From positions 1-64,000 of IMG/VR virus record IMGVR_UViG_2795385844_000002: a stretch of 64,000 nucleotides of DNA. One strand, written 5' to 3'. Positions 41,461 to 52,472 of the stretch are shown here, one piece after another. A program made the translations under genes and the position numbers. The stretch's first letter is position 1; the number at the start of each line of letters is the position of its first letter. The notes beneath the pieces are model-generated. The model had not been told where the DNA came from, ran no database searches, and was given only the letters and a program-made list of their open reading frames with translations. Source of the DNA: a virus. Lineage: Duplodnaviria; Heunggongvirae; Uroviricota; Caudoviricetes.

Positions 41461-42426
41461 TTACAGAGAACGCAGGTATGCCACTGCGGGTTCGATGTCG
41501 TAATTGATATGAGGAAGGGTCGGTGGCGACTGCGCGATGAACTGCCCACCGTAGATGATTGCCCGGAACACTGCGAAGATCTCCACAGGTGGATTGCGGA
41601 TGATCTGCCCGACCTGCTCCAGAAGAGAGTCGGCCCCGATGAAGGCGTTCTTCAACTCCTGAACCACGCGGTAGACGGCGGTCATCATCTCGCCGGTTTT
41701 ATCGTCCGGGGTGTCGGTGTAGATATCGCGGCCCCACACGCTGTTGGCCCCGTGGGCGTAGTCGTACCACCATGCCGGGGTGTTGACCAGGCGATCGTCG
41801 CCAATTCCGCGGCCTGCCGGAACGGGCCAACCTGCGGCGCGGTTTCCGTTCGCCACGCCGACTTCACGACATGGGTTGCCATAAGTGACTGCACCGATGA
41901 TGCGATCCTCGAGGTCAGTGCCCACGATGTAGCGCTTCCACACCATCGAGGTGACAATAGCTCCCTGCGAGTAGCCGACCAGGACGAACTTCGCGGCCGG
42001 GAATCGGTCCAACAGCCGCTTCATCTGCCTCAGCAGTTCCGTGATACCAGCGTCCACCGAAGACCCCATCGGGAATGCAGCAGCGGGATAGCCAATCCCC
42101 TGCCAGCGGAACAAGTCGAGAACTTCACGCGCCAGGTCAGCCGGATAGCCCGCGTCCCAGCCCGCTCCCGTGCCAGCGACAGTGAACAGCCACGGCTTCA
42201 ACGCCTCTGGAACACCCAGGGCCTTCTGAGTGGCGAAGTCTAGAATGCCATCAGTACGCAAACCACCCTTGTTGCGCTGGAACGCTTTCACGGCAGCTGT
42301 GAGCTCAGGAGTGAACTTTTCAGTCAGCGCGAGCGACTTACCGTATGAGAACTTCGCGCGCAGCTCACCAACAGCTGCGAGAACAGGTAGGCCTTCCATG
42401 CCTTCCTGCCAGCCAATCCATGCCAT
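41461..42426 (-). CDS. lysB: lysin B (mycolylarabinogalactan esterase) with N-terminal peptidoglycan-binding domain
   Basis: GYSQGA serine esterase motif; PG_binding_1-like N-terminus. Confidence 0.8.
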   Translation of the reverse strand: MAWIGWQEGMEGLPVLAAVGELRAKFSYGKSLALTEKFTPELTAAVKAFQRNKGGLRTDGILDFATQKALGVPEALKPWLFTVAGTGAGWDAGYPADLAREVLDLFRWQGIGYPAAAFPMGSSVDAGITELLRQMKRLLDRFPAAKFVLVGYSQGAIVTSMVWKRYIVGTDLEDRIIGAVTYGNPCREVGVANGNRAAGWPVPAGRGIGDDRLVNTPAWWYDYAHGANSVWGRDIYTDTPDDKTGEMMTAVYRVVQELKNAFIGADSLLEQVGQIIRNPPVEIFAVFRAIIYGGQFIAQSPPTLPHINYDIEPAVAYLRSL

Positions 42427-42489
42427 GAGTACTTCTTTCGGAGATGACGAACGGACCCACCAATAGCGGTGGGCCCGTCGTGTTGTGAG

Positions 42490-42804
42490 TTAGTGAGAGG
42501 TGCGGTACTGGTCGATCAATTCCTGAACCAACTCTGGGTTGGCCTTCACCACAGCCTCGACGTGAACGGGGTCAGTCGAGCCCTCATGGAGGATCTTCTC
42601 CACCAAGTCCACGGCGGTCTTGTTCTTCTTCAGGAACGTCAAAACCGCAGTAACGCCTGCAAATCCGACCATGAGTCCATGAACCCAGTTGGGCGGCAGG
42701 CCATCAGCGATGGCAAGAACAGTTCCTTCCTGAGCGGCGAGCGCGCCGAGGAAGGCTACAAGGGCCTTGTAGATCTCAGGTAGGCGACGTAGGAGATCCA
42801 TCAC
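42490..42804 (-). CDS. putative holin
   Basis: Small protein with two TM helices located in the lysis cassette. Confidence 0.5.
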   Translation of the reverse strand: MMDLLRRLPEIYKALVAFLGALAAQEGTVLAIADGLPPNWVHGLMVGFAGVTAVLTFLKKNKTAVDLVEKILHEGSTDPVHVEAVVKANPELVQELIDQYRTSH

Positions 42805-43010
42805 TTACCTCCGAACAACTTTCCAATCGGTCCGAGAATCTGCTCTACCGCGTTCCCAACCGTCTTCTCGATGCAGTCGGGAAGCATCTCCCAGGCTTCG
42901 TTCTTGGCCTGCTGGATCTCCTCGCGAATGACCTTCTCGACCACCGGCTTGAACTCGCGAACAATCGGCGAAACAAACGCCTGTCCAACAAACTTCGCTA
43001 CGGCACTCAC
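42801..43010 (-). CDS. hypothetical protein in lysis cassette (69 aa)
   Basis: ORF track. Confidence 0.45.
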   Translation of the reverse strand: MSAVAKFVGQAFVSPIVREFKPVVEKVIREEIQQAKNEAWEMLPDCIEKTVGNAVEQILGPIGKLFGGK

Positions 43011-44353
43011 TTCGCGGCCTCCTTGTAGGCCTCGAGAATCTCCTTCGGCACACTGGCGAGAATCTTCTTGGCACGTGCGATGTTGCCCTTGTCGGTAACA
43101 GCGCCTTCGCCTGCAGCAGTGCGGATTACGCGCTGCAGTGCATCCTCATCCCCCAGAACCGCAAGTCGCTCGATGAGCTCGGCGTGCTCCATGCCATCGT
43201 CGTTCAACAGCATTCCGGCCAACGTATCCACGGGGCCCTCACCCGGGGTGCGGTAAATCGAACGAGACTCCCAGCGATTGGTCAGCTCGAAGTAGATGCG
43301 GTTCAGCTTCAGCCGATCGTCATCAGTGAACATGTCATCCTCTCCAGCCTGAGCTGAGAATTCGAGTAGGTAGTTGTTGAAGACGTCCCACGGAAAGTTC
43401 GGCCCCACGTCGGTGTGGTTGCCGATACCAAGGCCGACAGTGATTCCGTTGTGGTCGGTAATTCCGTCAGTGGTAGGAAGCTGCGAATACTTGTTTCCCA
43501 CAAGGACCTGGACCGGAATCCCGTACTTCACACAGTCCTGCACAGCCAGGTAAGCGGAGACTCGAATTGCTTTGTCGTACTTCTGAAGCCATTCGATGCG
43601 GCTCATTGAGGCGTAAGATCCTGCGAACACCTGATTGATCGTGTATCCATTGGCATCCAACACGGACCACGAAGCGTCGTCGGTGTCAACGAGATCCAAC
43701 GTCTTCCCGTCTGGATCAATCACGTAGTGGTAAGAGACACTCGCACCGGCCATATAGTTGACCAGGTCCATACCAAGTGCGTTGCCCTCTTCGGTGTGGA
43801 GAACGATCAGGCGCGGCTTTCGACCATTGCGCGACTGCCAATTTGGAGCCCACTGCCCGATTATGTTCTCTTCTTCAAAGAACCTCGGCGGCAGAACAAT
43901 CCCAGTGGTCAGTCGGTTGAAGTACTCAACAGCCACTCCCATCGCCTGGTCATAACGATCGGGGAACGCGGAGCGCTGTACCTTCTGGGCACACTGGCCC
44001 GGGGTAAGCCCAGGATCGTTGTAATCGAACGCTTTAAGCCCAAACTTGCGAGGGTTCGCCAGATGGTCATAAAACATGGCAGCAGCCTTGTAAGGGTCCA
44101 TGCGATCATCGAGCGAACCCCACTCAGGAAAGTTCTGCTGCTGAAACTCATTAACGGACGTACCGTCCGATCCCACCGCGTCATACTTGAACCTCTTATC
44201 AAGGGACTCTGGGTAATTCGAGTTTGCGTACATCACGAACTTCGACTCCACCCACGCGGTGGCCAGCGCAATGTGGATACCGCGTGAAGTGATGCCGAGA
44301 TCCTGCCCGCAGCGAATGACGATCCGTGCGATGTCGTCCTTGGTGTAGAACAT
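43007..44353 (-). CDS. lysA: lysin A (endolysin) with amidase_2/PGRP domain
   Basis: SYHYVIDPDGKT...DDASWSV amidase motifs; start at MFYTKDD (alternative 44401). Confidence 0.75.
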   Translation of the reverse strand: MFYTKDDIARIVIRCGQDLGITSRGIHIALATAWVESKFVMYANSNYPESLDKRFKYDAVGSDGTSVNEFQQQNFPEWGSLDDRMDPYKAAAMFYDHLANPRKFGLKAFDYNDPGLTPGQCAQKVQRSAFPDRYDQAMGVAVEYFNRLTTGIVLPPRFFEEENIIGQWAPNWQSRNGRKPRLIVLHTEEGNALGMDLVNYMAGASVSYHYVIDPDGKTLDLVDTDDASWSVLDANGYTINQVFAGSYASMSRIEWLQKYDKAIRVSAYLAVQDCVKYGIPVQVLVGNKYSQLPTTDGITDHNGITVGLGIGNHTDVGPNFPWDVFNNYLLEFSAQAGEDDMFTDDDRLKLNRIYFELTNRWESRSIYRTPGEGPVDTLAGMLLNDDGMEHAELIERLAVLGDEDALQRVIRTAAGEGAVTDKGNIARAKKILASVPKEILEAYKEAAK

Positions 44354-44360
44354 GAAGCCC

Positions 44361-45365
44361 TTAAGGGGTGTCAGCGATGATGATGTCGGAGATCTCCACA
44401 CCTGGTGTCAGGAGGTCTGACTTAAATCCGAGGCCGAAATAGCGCTCGCCCTCACCGTGGTTCACGAGCTGTGTTGTGTCTGTCCAGCTGACAATCGGCG
44501 TCAACGAGGTACCGACGTACAGTGAGTACGCATTGGTGAGTGGGTTGTATTCGGCGGTGTAGTTCTGGTTGGTGGCAGTGGTGTACTGCACCGGAGTGAC
44601 GCGACTCTGCGTGGTAACTGGGCCCGTTCCGGTAACAACCTCGACAGTGTCGTGCTGCCACAAGCCATTCAGAAAGACGCCGTTGTGCTTCAGCGCCGCG
44701 TAGTTGGTCATGTCGTAGTTCGAACAGATCGCAATCCACGCGGTGCCAGAACCGAATCGAATCGTGTTGTAGGTCAGGCGAATCGCATCGGTTTTCAATG
44801 GTGCGTAGTACAGCATTGCCACGTCGTCAAACAACGTAGGTCCACCACCAGCGCCATCGGTAATCGATGCTGCTGCAACCGCGTTCGGAAGGCTGCGGTA
44901 CGCGTTGTCGTAGACACGCGGCTTGCCATTCATGATGCGCCATGCAGGATCCACCACGAAGCCGGGAGTGCCAAAGCTATAGCGGTACTGCACGCCGTCG
45001 AACTCACCAGACTGAGGCGGCGCATCGGGAAATGGAGCTTCGCTTCGAATCACGGTGCCCTGTAGTTCGAGCCGGGGTTCATCCAAGTCTGGGGTCTGAA
45101 TGTGCAGAGTCCACGAAGCGCCGCGCGGCAGGGCATTCGAAATAGCCTTGGCCTCAAGGAAGGTCACAGTAGGGCCAGTGACAATACCTTCAAATGTTGC
45201 GAGTGTCTGGCTATAAGTGTTCTTGATAGTCAAGAATGCAGTAGTCCCAGATGGGAACCTCTTACCACCACTGAGCGTGTACTTATAGTGAAGCGGATTG
45301 TCGCGATTCAGCTCAAGAGGCTGGTTGCTGAGAACCCGAGTCGAAGGCGTCCAAATCGCCATCAA
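44361..45365 (-). CDS. minor tail protein
   Basis: Position in the tail block; beta-rich 334-aa product. Confidence 0.55.
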   Translation of the reverse strand: MMAIWTPSTRVLSNQPLELNRDNPLHYKYTLSGGKRFPSGTTAFLTIKNTYSQTLATFEGIVTGPTVTFLEAKAISNALPRGASWTLHIQTPDLDEPRLELQGTVIRSEAPFPDAPPQSGEFDGVQYRYSFGTPGFVVDPAWRIMNGKPRVYDNAYRSLPNAVAAASITDGAGGGPTLFDDVAMLYYAPLKTDAIRLTYNTIRFGSGTAWIAICSNYDMTNYAALKHNGVFLNGLWQHDTVEVVTGTGPVTTQSRVTPVQYTTATNQNYTAEYNPLTNAYSLYVGTSLTPIVSWTDTTQLVNHGEGERYFGLGFKSDLLTPGVEISDIIIADTP

Positions 45366-45384
45366 AACTCTCTCTTTCAGTGTA

Positions 45385-45741
45385 TCAGGAGACGCGCTTC
45401 GCGAGATTTATCTTGCGGCGCAATGCGATACGCTCTTCTTCGTTCAGTCCGGTAATCTTCGGGAACAGGTCATCCAGGATGTCCGTAAGTCCGGTGACCG
45501 CGCCCACCAGCTGATCCAGCCGGTCGCGAAGTTCCGCATTCTCCTTGCGCACTTCCTCGCGGATTGCTGTCGAGATGGCCGAAAGTACCTGCGCCTCATC
45601 AACCTTGCGCTTACGTCGACCTGTTGTGAACTCAATGATCTTGCTCAGCACACCACCAGCTGCCAGGGCCCCAAACAGGGAGGCCACAGTCTCGGCGTCC
45701 AGATCAATGAGTTCGTCCACCAGGCTCACAACTCGGCCCAA
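45385..45741 (-). CDS. hypothetical structural-region protein (118 aa)
   Basis: TTG start. Confidence 0.4.
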   Translation of the reverse strand: MGRVVSLVDELIDLDAETVASLFGALAAGGVLSKIIEFTTGRRKRKVDEAQVLSAISTAIREEVRKENAELRDRLDQLVGAVTGLTDILDDLFPKITGLNEEERIALRRKINLAKRVS

Positions 45742-45886
45742 TCTGCTACCTCAGCTTCGGGGGCGTAGTGCCCACCTACTTCTGAGTGCATCACCGCCCA
45801 CTTGCCATCGGTGCGCTGAATGGCTACGGCCAGTCGGTCCGGGGACACGCGAATCTCGGGATTCGTGTTGTCAGTCAATGTGTTTC

Positions 45887-47473
45887 CTATACAGATGCGG
45901 TGTTGTCGTGTCCTGGGACATCGACATCACGTGCCGCCTCAACAACGGAGAGCCCTCTGTCCTCCGGGGGAACGACACCAAGACGATCAACCGCAGCGAT
46001 ATTCATAGCCCGCTCGGTCTCACCCACAGTTGCGCTGCGTTCGCTTTCATTTACCGCGATATCGCGTTCAGTTTGAGGAACATTGACGGATCGATCGACT
46101 GGATCGATGTATACGATCTCGCGGATGGATCCGAACCATGCCCACATCGATGCGTTTACCGACAAGTCGGCATCGGCGGTGAACTTCGCCCCGACCGTTC
46201 CGGCTCCAAGAACCTCCACCGCCAAGCTGGCAGCAGCCGCGTAGTTCACCTGCGCTGCTGCGGTCACGGCTGCGACCAGGTCTAGGTTGGTATCTGCGAC
46301 ATTGCCACCGGTCGAATCTGGAGTGCTGTCGAACTCAATACCCAGCGTCGCTTGTGCGCTGACAGTTTTATGTGCCTCTGCGGTGATAAAGGCCATCGCC
46401 ACTAGGTTCGCGGCCAGGCTTCCCTGATACTTCAGTCCAGCTTCAAGGCCAGCACCAATGCCGAGTGCGCCCCCAATGGCTTGCCCGCGTGCTGCCACTG
46501 CAGTGACGGCGGTAACCATATTCAGGGCGCTCGTGACACCGAGGTCTACATTCGCACCTGCCAGCAACGACGCCGCCAGGGCGAGGCTCACGTCCGCCAC
46601 CCCATACTCGGTTGCCGCAGCTGAGGTGGAGGTGTTTACCGCCAGCGAGGCTGCGCCGTTCAGTACCTTGACGATCGCACCGATCGGTGAGGCCGAGAGA
46701 AACAGGCTCGACTGAACCTTGGCGTCATACCGATTGATACCAACGGGTGTGGCCGCAGCGGAAAGATTCGCACCCATGGACTGGCCCCGAGAGCCGGTCA
46801 CGGATGACGTGGCGGTTACTGCCAAGGCTGCACCCACGACAGCGCTGTTAGTCAGTCGTGCGGTGGGCGACGCGATAGCCGATAGATTGGCGTCAGCTGT
46901 CCAGGCGACTGGCTCGTACCAGGCGAAGAACCAGATCTGACCAGCACCACCGGGCCGTCCCGGTTTCACACCGATCGTGAAGAATCCGCCCGTGCCTGGA
47001 CCACCACCGCCACCCGGGGCTACGCCATCATTGTTGGCAGCGGCTGTACCGCCACCAGCGTAGGCATTGCCGTTGTAGGTGATACTTCCGGGCGACTCAC
47101 CAGGAGTGTTCTTGCCGTTTCCCGCGTAGGCACCAGCACCGCCAGCGCCACCGGCAGCAGTCGTGGTTGAGCCATTGAATGTCGCGGATGATCCGCCCCC
47201 AGCTCCACCGGCCTTCTCAATCGGGCCTGCGGAGCCGCTGGCTCCAACCGACCAATCAACATTGGGCGCAGCCCAAGGAGCCCCTGGTGGACGAGTAAGC
47301 GTGAAGGTCTGCCATGACCCCTTCTTGCCACCCTCGCCAGTGGTGTTCTGGCCACCATCGCCACCACCACCGCCCCCGCCAGCTCCAAGGAGGATTACAT
47401 CCACCCGGTTCGCTTCGGGTGGCAGCACGTAAGAACCGGAGCCTGACGTATATGTAGTCGACCCCAGCGCCAT
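45887..47473 (-). CDS. glycine-rich minor tail protein
   Basis: GGAGG/GGxGG collagen-like Gly-rich N-terminal half typical of actinophage minor tail proteins. Confidence 0.7.
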   Translation of the reverse strand: MALGSTTYTSGSGSYVLPPEANRVDVILLGAGGGGGGGDGGQNTTGEGGKKGSWQTFTLTRPPGAPWAAPNVDWSVGASGSAGPIEKAGGAGGGSSATFNGSTTTAAGGAGGAGAYAGNGKNTPGESPGSITYNGNAYAGGGTAAANNDGVAPGGGGGPGTGGFFTIGVKPGRPGGAGQIWFFAWYEPVAWTADANLSAIASPTARLTNSAVVGAALAVTATSSVTGSRGQSMGANLSAAATPVGINRYDAKVQSSLFLSASPIGAIVKVLNGAASLAVNTSTSAAATEYGVADVSLALAASLLAGANVDLGVTSALNMVTAVTAVAARGQAIGGALGIGAGLEAGLKYQGSLAANLVAMAFITAEAHKTVSAQATLGIEFDSTPDSTGGNVADTNLDLVAAVTAAAQVNYAAAASLAVEVLGAGTVGAKFTADADLSVNASMWAWFGSIREIVYIDPVDRSVNVPQTERDIAVNESERSATVGETERAMNIAAVDRLGVVPPEDRGLSVVEAARDVDVPGHDNTASV

Positions 47474-47863
47474 TTACGCCGCCAGAGGACCCAGGGACAA
47501 GCCGCAGTTAGTCAGGGTCAAGGTGTCGCCAGACTGAACACTCTTCGGGACGGACAGAACAGCCGACCACAGAAAGTTGCCACCAGTTGACGCGTCCCAG
47601 ATCGAGATATGGGTGATCGTCTCAGTGGCGGTCATCGCCCAGGACGGGTTCGTTCCGGTCAGCGCGATTGCACCAGATGCAGCCGCAGCGAACGCAGCCT
47701 GACTCCTCGCCGTCACAGCCGATCCTGCTGCAGTGCCAGCAGCGCCAGGGTCTGCGGTGTGAAGGCGTACCCACAGGCCACCAGGCTGAGCCCAGGCGGT
47801 TCCACCTCGTAGGTGGTCAAGAATCTTGTTGGCGAGGTTGGCAGTGTGAAGACCAACGGTCAT
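47474..47863 (-). CDS. minor tail protein
   Basis: ORF track; tail block. Confidence 0.5.
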   Translation of the reverse strand: MTVGLHTANLANKILDHLRGGTAWAQPGGLWVRLHTADPGAAGTAAGSAVTARSQAAFAAAASGAIALTGTNPSWAMTATETITHISIWDASTGGNFLWSAVLSVPKSVQSGDTLTLTNCGLSLGPLAA

Positions 47864-47949
47864 TCGGAATCCTTTGAATCACTTGGTCGCTCTACCTCAG
47901 CGTCTGCCCACGCCGTTAGAGCGAAAACGCTCCCAGTAGGTTCGTTCAC

Positions 47950-48231
47950 CTACATCTCCTTGATTTCGACCGTGAAAGTTCGGTCATCTTCACGACCACC
48001 GTTGGTAATGACATGAACGGTGACGTCGTACTTACTTCCGGCTGCACCGGCAGAGACCCAAACAGTCAATGCGTCAACCGTGTTAGAGACAGTTCCGACA
48101 GTCAGGCCACCAGTTGGGGACACCGTCGCCGTTGCCGACGTGATCGTGTCGCCAGGGGCAAGCCAGTCAGCCCAATTCAGGGTGTAGTCGAGAACCGCGT
48201 CAGGATCCTGCTTAAATGTCCTGAGCGACAA
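47950..48231 (-). CDS. hypothetical tail-block protein (93 aa)
   Basis: ORF track. Confidence 0.45.
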   Translation of the reverse strand: MSLRTFKQDPDAVLDYTLNWADWLAPGDTITSATATVSPTGGLTVGTVSNTVDALTVWVSAGAAGSKYDVTVHVITNGGREDDRTFTVEIKEM

Positions 48232-48240
48232 GGTAACTCC

Positions 48241-48591
48241 CTAAGACTTATGAATGGATTCGTAACCCATTGCCGAAAGCGCCGCATCATGTGACGAGCA
48301 CTCCTCAATCCGGCACAGCGGAGTCAGCCCATTGGCTGGGTTGAAGTCCGCGTCGAGAACTACCGCGTTCTCGTCCGACAGGAAGACGTCAACTGTCTTC
48401 GGCAGGTGGAGCATGTTCACCGGGATACCAAGCAGATTGCCCAGGGACTCGGCAGACGCAACAGTGATCAGTAGGTACCACGTTGTGTCACCATCCGAGC
48501 AGCGGTAGTGATTGGTCTTCGGGCAGAACTGCGGTAGAAATTCCGAAATCAGTTCAGCTGTATGCATTAACCCTCTTTCCAGAAGACCCAC
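48241..48591 (-). CDS. hypothetical tail-block protein (116 aa)
   Basis: ORF track. Confidence 0.45.
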   Translation of the reverse strand: MGLLERGLMHTAELISEFLPQFCPKTNHYRCSDGDTTWYLLITVASAESLGNLLGIPVNMLHLPKTVDVFLSDENAVVLDADFNPANGLTPLCRIEECSSHDAALSAMGYESIHKS

Positions 48592-50237
48592 AGCACACCA
48601 CTAGCCCCGGGCCCCCCTGTACCGCCCGATCCTTTACTTCCGGTGTCGTAGCCAGCGCCACCACCACCGCCGCCACCGCCACCACCGGGGTATCCGCCAG
48701 CGCCGCCATTGCCGCCCTTGGCCTGAGCCAAAGTGCCGGTCGGGTTTCCGCCTCCGCCACCACCACCGCCGCCACCGCCACATTTAGTGTCAGCGCCAGC
48801 GGAGACCGACTCTCCAGCCGTCCCATTTGTTGCCGGTAGTGCGCTAGGCGATCCACCAGTTCCGCCTCCCGCAGACGCGGACGCAACTCCGGTTCGACCT
48901 GTGGTTCCATAGTTGGCTGACGTTCCGGCTTTGTAGCCACCGGTACCACCGGCCCCACCACTTCCAGGTGTGGACGACGTTGCCAGGAAGGCGAATTCGC
49001 TCCTGCTTTGGATACCGCCAGCACCAGCGACAGTTGTTAGATATGACCCAAACGATGTGTCATTGCCATTCGTTCCGATTGTTACGTCAACCGGCCAAGT
49101 AATGGCAGATGGATCCAAGCTTAGCTTCAGGAACCCACCGTTCAGACCGCCAGAACCGGCAGCCCCACCGGCTGATGTAGTGCCACTAGATCCACCAAAC
49201 CCGTTGCTACCAGAGCCAATTCCGATAACGATAACTTCGCTAAGATTTGCAGCCGGTTTCCCGTAGGACTGCGATGAAACGATTGTGTCCACGGTGTAGC
49301 CGTTGATTACGGCTTGCTTGATCGCCTCGATAGTCGTCTTGACTTCAGCTGGCGAGCCAGTCGCGGACGATCCGCCGAACCAGCCATTAGTGATCGCCTG
49401 GAAGCCCCCGACAACGACGTTCCCGAGATCTACCAGGCCCTCAACGGCACTCTTCGCCACCTCACCAACCAGCTTTGAGGCGTCGTAGCCACCTTCGCCA
49501 TTCAGGTGCGATGTCTTGCCAGTGATGGCATTCCACCAGTCCTTGACATCCTGGAGAGCCTGGTTGATTGGCGTGACCAAAACACCACGGAAGATGTCAA
49601 TGACCTGGTTGATCATGGAGTTGATGCCGTTAAGCACTCCCCCAAGGCCCGCGATCATGTCCTGCGCAAACTGGCCAGAAACGATCTTCGAAGCATCAAG
49701 CCCGGGAATAACGCTGCCCGACAGCAGGCCACCGATCAGTGTGGCGAGCTTCCCCACAGGGGCGAGGATCATGTCAATGAAGTCAGCCGCTGCCGCAAGT
49801 GGATTGAATGACGGCGAGTTGAAGTCTATATGCGCGAGGAACTTCTTTAGATTGTCGAACCAGAGCTTCAGCTCAGCGATTCCGCCATCAGCGATGCCGG
49901 TGATCCACTTGACGATGTCACCGAGAAGTGGAACTTCCTTGAGGCTGTTGAGGAATGCCTCCATTCCCTCGTCCAGATTGATATTCAACCCAGGGAACAG
50001 GCGATTTACCAACGCCTCGAGGATCGCAAGAGGCAATCCCAGTGCCGCATTCAATCCATGGAAGATCGCATCAGAGGCGTTATTCAGTGAACTGTTGTTC
50101 TGAACGCGCTGCTTGAGCATCTCCTCAATGGGACCACGCGTTCGGCCAGCTAGATTGCCAAGTCCCGCACCAACAACGCCACCGTCATGTCCAGATAGGT
50201 CATACCCACTCGGATCGCTGCCAGTTGGCATCGTCAT
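48567..50237 (-). CDS. minor tail protein with poly-Gly C-terminus
   Basis: C-terminal GGGGGGGGGGNPTG...GGGGGGGGGG; 556 aa. Confidence 0.65.
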   Translation of the reverse strand: MTMPTGSDPSGYDLSGHDGGVVGAGLGNLAGRTRGPIEEMLKQRVQNNSSLNNASDAIFHGLNAALGLPLAILEALVNRLFPGLNINLDEGMEAFLNSLKEVPLLGDIVKWITGIADGGIAELKLWFDNLKKFLAHIDFNSPSFNPLAAAADFIDMILAPVGKLATLIGGLLSGSVIPGLDASKIVSGQFAQDMIAGLGGVLNGINSMINQVIDIFRGVLVTPINQALQDVKDWWNAITGKTSHLNGEGGYDASKLVGEVAKSAVEGLVDLGNVVVGGFQAITNGWFGGSSATGSPAEVKTTIEAIKQAVINGYTVDTIVSSQSYGKPAANLSEVIVIGIGSGSNGFGGSSGTTSAGGAAGSGGLNGGFLKLSLDPSAITWPVDVTIGTNGNDTSFGSYLTTVAGAGGIQSRSEFAFLATSSTPGSGGAGGTGGYKAGTSANYGTTGRTGVASASAGGGTGGSPSALPATNGTAGESVSAGADTKCGGGGGGGGGGGNPTGTLAQAKGGNGGAGGYPGGGGGGGGGGAGYDTGSKGSGGTGGPGASGVLWVFWKEG

Positions 50238-50240
50238 GGG

Positions 50241-50696
50241 TTACTCCTTGGATTTGATGTACTCAGTGAGCAGGATCAATTTCTTGATCTCGGACTCGAA
50301 CTGCTTGGAGATCTTGGCGCGCTCCTCATCGGAACCAGCTGCCTTGATCTTCTTGAGAAGTTCCGCATACTCGGGATGTTCTTCAGCGATATACCCAAGA
50401 ACCTCTTCGGCTTTCGCCTTCAGGTCATTGGACTTACCGAAGTCTTCTGGCTTCTCATTCACAATGTCCGCGACCGCGAACTGGCCCCCACCTACAGCCC
50501 ACTTCGTGGCGAGCTCGGGGTGCCAACGCAATCCGAGTTCCCACCACAGTTCAGAAGTGGGTTCCCAAGACTGAACGATCGCCATAACCTGGTTCGGATT
50601 CGCACCTGGTCGCGGATCAACCATGCCTACGCCAAGGACCCAGGCCATTCCCTTAGGGTGCTCTGGATCGGGCGGATGAACATTAACCGGAGGCAT
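50241..50696 (-). CDS. tail-block protein (151 aa)
   Basis: ORF track. Confidence 0.5.
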   Translation of the reverse strand: MPPVNVHPPDPEHPKGMAWVLGVGMVDPRPGANPNQVMAIVQSWEPTSELWWELGLRWHPELATKWAVGGGQFAVADIVNEKPEDFGKSNDLKAKAEEVLGYIAEEHPEYAELLKKIKAAGSDEERAKISKQFESEIKKLILLTEYIKSKE

Positions 50697-50741
50697 CTGC
50701 TCCTACCTCTATTGTCTCACGAATAAGCCTGCAGGCCAGCA

Positions 50742-52472
50742 CTAACTAATGAGGTGGACACCGATGTTCTGGAGGATGTCCTTGATCTTCTTAGTTAGCC
50801 GAGCAAGACGTTCACCGACCGACATTGCGGCCTTGTTCTGCCCGATCTTCACCTGGACGCTGAGTGGCGTATTGGACGCGTTATCCCACGAAGGAATGAT
50901 CTCCTCGACCTGGGAAACGAAAATTCGGTCACCGTATCCACGGCTAGTGGAACCGACACGGGAACCAATTGCGAAGTGTGCACCCGGAATAATCCACGAG
51001 TTACCCCTCAATGACAGTGTATGCGAGGTCTCAGACTTCGACGCCAGAAAACCACCACGTAGAGCGGCCAGCGCAGACAGCGACCACGAGTTGTTTTCGG
51101 CACCCTGCTGGTACAGCTCCCAAAGGTGAACCCACCCAAGGTTCTTCGCGCGGCCAGTGTTCTTCCACTCCAACCACGCGGCGATCGTGCCCACCAGGAA
51201 TGGCATGATCACATCAGCTGCGATGGTTCCCGCCGACGAGAATCCACCAAGTAGGAAGTAGCCCAGGATATTTCCGGTGGTCTCGATGATCAAACGTGCA
51301 ATGGCATCCGCTGCCGGGTTGTCACCACCAACCACCACAGACACTGCAGTGGCAGGGCTCCACGTGAGCTCGCTGGTCTCGACTGGAGACCAGCTCGAAT
51401 CTCTGATGACCAACCACGGCATTTGCGCCAAGGTGGCAAGCCACCCACTCCCGTAGTACTCGTCAGGGTGGTAAGTCTCATCATCTGCGATGACTGACGC
51501 GGTGTCCTCAATGAAGCCACCGACATACTGCACGACCGAACGGACCATGCCATCTGCGATCGTTCCGCCGAGGAAGGTTCCGCCAAGGATTGGGTTGTAA
51601 TAACCGCTGTCGTCAACGATCTCGAAGATCAAAGCGCCATTCGCGGGCGTTTCAACGAACAGAATGCCATTCTCAGTCTCACCCTCATCGGAGAAGCAGC
51701 GCCTCCACCTGATGGTCAGCTGTGCATCCTCCAAGGCGTCCGCGATTACCGAATCGATCGGGTTCATGCGGGTACCGAGGACGGTCCACAGGGACGAATC
51801 ATCAAGCGGCAGTGGATTGGCCTTGATGTGACACTGCCAGTTTTCCCACTCGGTAGGCAGTAGCCCTAGCCACTGACTCAAATCGAATGGATCGTCTGGC
51901 AGGTGGTAGATCGGTGCCTGCACCCGAATCAGGTTGATCAGGATCATGATCGAGCAGGCCCATTTCGCGGGGCCCAGGATGGGCAGCACCCTTGGCCACT
52001 GGAAAACTGGGATGGGCAGGGCCGGATTCGGTGGGCCCAAAAGGAACTGGAGGAACTGGAGGTCGTCGTTGAACGTCAGCTCCATGTACGCCATGCCATC
52101 TCGCATCTTCTTGGCATGGTGGTGAAGCAATCCCGTCCAACGGAGCTTGCCGCCGAAGAAGTCGATGCGGATGACAACGTTCTTGCGCGCGTGAGGATCA
52201 TCAGGAATGGAGCGCATCCACTCCGAGATGTAGTGATCGAAACGCAGCTCAAGCACGCCCTGAGTGGAGGTGTTCTTCTTGAACGGGAACGAGGCCTTGA
52301 TAGTGTCGCGGTAATCGACACGTCCGTAGTACTCCAGGCCTGGCGATCCGTCTTCCTTGTTGCGCCAGAAGGAGATCACCGGCTTTGCCATGCGAAGCCA
52401 CATCAGCTCCTGGCGATAGGCCTCGACAGACTCATTGATGCCCGAGATCTCCTCGAGCGTCCTTAGACTCAT
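50742..52472 (-). CDS. minor tail protein (large, about 576 aa)
   Basis: Immediately downstream of the TMP-adjacent minor tail gene; start at MSLRTLEE. Confidence 0.6.
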   Translation of the reverse strand: MSLRTLEEISGINESVEAYRQELMWLRMAKPVISFWRNKEDGSPGLEYYGRVDYRDTIKASFPFKKNTSTQGVLELRFDHYISEWMRSIPDDPHARKNVVIRIDFFGGKLRWTGLLHHHAKKMRDGMAYMELTFNDDLQFLQFLLGPPNPALPIPVFQWPRVLPILGPAKWACSIMILINLIRVQAPIYHLPDDPFDLSQWLGLLPTEWENWQCHIKANPLPLDDSSLWTVLGTRMNPIDSVIADALEDAQLTIRWRRCFSDEGETENGILFVETPANGALIFEIVDDSGYYNPILGGTFLGGTIADGMVRSVVQYVGGFIEDTASVIADDETYHPDEYYGSGWLATLAQMPWLVIRDSSWSPVETSELTWSPATAVSVVVGGDNPAADAIARLIIETTGNILGYFLLGGFSSAGTIAADVIMPFLVGTIAAWLEWKNTGRAKNLGWVHLWELYQQGAENNSWSLSALAALRGGFLASKSETSHTLSLRGNSWIIPGAHFAIGSRVGSTSRGYGDRIFVSQVEEIIPSWDNASNTPLSVQVKIGQNKAAMSVGERLARLTKKIKDILQNIGVHLIS